Source of the DNA: Phaeosaccion multiseriatum
Lineage: Eukaryota; Protista; Ochrophyta, other classes
Direction of reading: 5' to 3'
Assembly: GCA_965112735.1 (NCBI GenBank)
Contig: OZ218951.1
Span: 992,001 to 1,056,000, forward strand
Length of the DNA: 64,000 bases
The notes under the pieces were generated by a model, which was not told the origin of the DNA, searched no databases, and saw only the letters and a program-made list of their open reading frames with translations. This document shows positions 61,633 to 64,000 of the stretch, piece by piece; the first letter of the stretch is position 1, and every line of letters starts with the position of its first letter. The translations under genes were made by a program, and so were the position numbers.

Positions 61633-62584
61633 CTATACCTGGTGCTGCAGGTTGCGACCATGCTGCCGAACCTTGCGACCCGCTGCGGTAGGCCCCGCGT
61701 CCATAGCTTTTTGTCTCTCCTCCTGCACTGGGAGGGGGAGTGCCTGTCAAGAGGACAGGGGCTGATGGTGCTGGTGCTGAAGGAGGCGATGAGGCCGCTG
61801 CTCCTCCTGGGCTGCTGCGGTAACTGTCGAATGCTGAGAAGCTCCGGCCCTTTGCTGACGACTGGGCTGGAGGTGCTGGTACCTGGTTCACTGGTGACGA
61901 TGCCGTGAGCCCCGCTGGCGTCGGAGAAGGCGAATGCGATACAGGTGCCTGCCTTGGTGTTGCCCCGCCGAAGGGGGAGTAGCTCCTGGCCGCTGCCGGT
62001 GGCTGTGGGGCTGTTGGTGACCCTCGCATAGGCTCTGACACTGACGGCAATGGCGCTGTTACTGGAGGCGATGAGGCTGCTTCCACTCGTCCTGAGCTTC
62101 TGTAGTCTCCGAAAGGGCTGTAGCTCGTCACGGGAGCAGTGGGTGCAGCTGGCGGCGGCATTGGCGCTGCTGGAGGGGATGATGAGGCTCCCATTCCTCC
62201 CGGGCTGCCGCTGCGGTACGCCCCGCGGCCAAAGCTCTTGACCGGGGCACTGGGCGCAGCTGGTGGCGTCTGTCCTGCTCCTTGCTGGGCCTGGTAGCTG
62301 CTGTCCGTGTTGCTCTGATGATTGGGGAAAGGGTGATGACGTGGGGAGGACGAGAGGTGGGGTGTGGTTGGGGAGAGGAGAGAGTGTGAGTGAAGCGGGC
62401 CGGGGGGAGTGGCAAGGCAAGGAAGACGCACACAAAGCGCTCGAACCGCGGCAGTCTTGAAAACACTTTCCAAAAATCGAGGAGGATGTACGCTCACGAA
62501 CACACACAACACAAGATAAACAAACGCACTCGGCATTCCATTCCCATCTGCTTCTTGCCGCTCTGGACACCAGACAAGCCACAG

Positions 62585-62624
<40 letters not shown>

Positions 62625-63217
62625 ACACACACACACACACACTCACTCACACACACAATCGCACACACTCACTCACACACACAATCGCACACACTCACTT
62701 ACACACACAACAAAAAATGAGGATAAAACGTTCGATATATTATAGTCAAGAGAGAAAAGGAGGAGGTCGGTAGGTGCGCAGAGGCTCAACAGCGAAGTCT
62801 CTCCCTCCTCCAACCTCATCCATCCACTGCCATCCATCCATCTCAGCGACTGCCGTCCCCACTAACCTTTTGCTGCTGCTGCGCGGCGTAAAGGGCCGCT
62901 CCCTCAACACCGAAGCTTCCTCCTGTGCTGCTTGCGCCGCTGCCGCTGTCGCGGTTTGCTCCGTAAGGTGAGTAGCTCGTCATGGGCGCACTGGGAGGAG
63001 CTGGTGGTGCTTCTCTCCCAGACGGTGGTGCTGAAGCCACTCCTCCAGGAGGGCTGCTGCTGTTGCTCCCGCTGCGGTAGGCCCCGCGGCCGAAGCTCTT
63101 CACCTCTCCTGTGCTGCTTGCGTCGCTGCCGCCTATTACGCTGACTCCAACCGGAGTGAAGCTCACAGGCACTTGCGCTGACCCTTCCGGCGGCACGGGT
63201 ACTGACCGTGAGATGGA

Positions 63218-63255
<38 letters not shown>

Positions 63256-64000
63256 GGTAGGCGCCGAAGCGATCATACGTCCTTGCTCCTCCTCCTGAGC
63301 TCTCTGTCCTCTCTCCTGCGCTGCTTGGGGAGCCTCCGATGGCAGCAGAAGCGCTGCTCACAGGGGCAGTGTAGACTGATGGCGCTGGTGCGGCTGGGGC
63401 TGATGCCGATGCTGTGCGTGACGCCATGTACGCTGCAAAGCCCGTCAATGGGGCACTTTCTGCAGCTGCTGATGCCTCCCTAACAGGAGGTGTTGAGCCG
63501 CTGCTGCTGCTGCTGCCGCTGCTACTACTACTACTGCTGGTGCTGGTGCGATAGTCTCCGTAGCGGGCGTACGACTTTGCCCCTCCTCCTGTGCTGTGTT
63601 GGTAAGCTGCGATGGGAGGAGGAGGCGACGCTGATGCCACTACTCCAGGAGGGCTGCTGCTGCGGCTCTCGCTGCGGTATGCCCCGCGGCCGAAGCTCTT
63701 CGCCTCTCCTGTGCTCGGCGTTGGTTGCTGTGTGACACTTGCTGTCCGACGGCGGAGCTCTTCAAACGACCCTCTCCCTCCTCCTCCCCCTGCCACAGCA
63801 CCTCCACCGCTTGCTTGAGCTGCCTCGAGGCTCTTCCGGTACTCCGCGTAACTCATTGCAGCTCCCGAGGGCTCTGGTGCCGCTTGTCTCACAGGGGGTG
63901 GCGGCGGCGTCGTCAGTCCTCCTTGTTCGCTACCACGATAGTCTTGAAATCGGGAGAAACTCCTTCCTGACCCTTCCACTGGATGGGCCGCTGGTGCCGG
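58545..64000 (-). CDS. Repetitive intrinsically disordered Ser/Ala/Pro/Gly protein with aromatic-Arg motifs, a C-terminal coiled coil and a hydrophobic tail; 5' end lies beyond the window. Introns 62315-62866, 61381-61638, 60335-60681
   Basis: Four long ORFs are joined in frame by GT-AG introns (K|SNTD, P-A|SEPLRDVS twice). Recurring motifs are KSFGRGAYRS, TSYSPYG, KSYARFGDYRS and MSYAEYRKSL. Confidence 0.8.
59446..60126. repeat. Coding tandem repeat, 222 bp (74 aa) x3, near-perfect
   Basis: Near-identical shadow ORFs start at 59,530, 59,752 and 59,974 (offset 222). Confidence 0.95.

Overview
Eukaryotic nuclear DNA: GT-AG introns, microsatellite-rich introns and spacers, no CRISPR and no rRNA. 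Two genes carry signal peptides ending in an ASAFAP-like motif, ycf23 is nuclear, and there is a CFAP144-like axonemal gene. Together these point to a flagellate-stage alga with a red-derived complex plastid (ochrophyte-like); this is inference, not an identification. Bases 1-20,595 are the 3' part of one giant intron-containing NRPS: at least five near-identical C-A-T modules (period about 3.73 kb), each with a different A-domain pocket. It ends in a membrane-bound Pls/PosA-type (TIGR02353-like) domain rather than a thioesterase, and a 29-nt insertion frameshifts the last module. Next come an orphan DEAH-helicase C-terminal fragment, a palindrome-rich repeat block, and genes for a DUF3611 protein, a sulfotransferase, ycf23, CFAP144/FAM183, RPE, three uncharacterised proteins, and RPC4, plus two decayed ORFs and a copia RT relic. 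At 57,308-57,403 is a circularly permuted tRNA-Thr(AGU) gene (3' half upstream of 5' half) whose leader and trailer form a BHB-like splice motif. The window ends in a repetitive Tyr/Phe/Arg-sticker disordered protein. All calls were made by eye; no searches were run.
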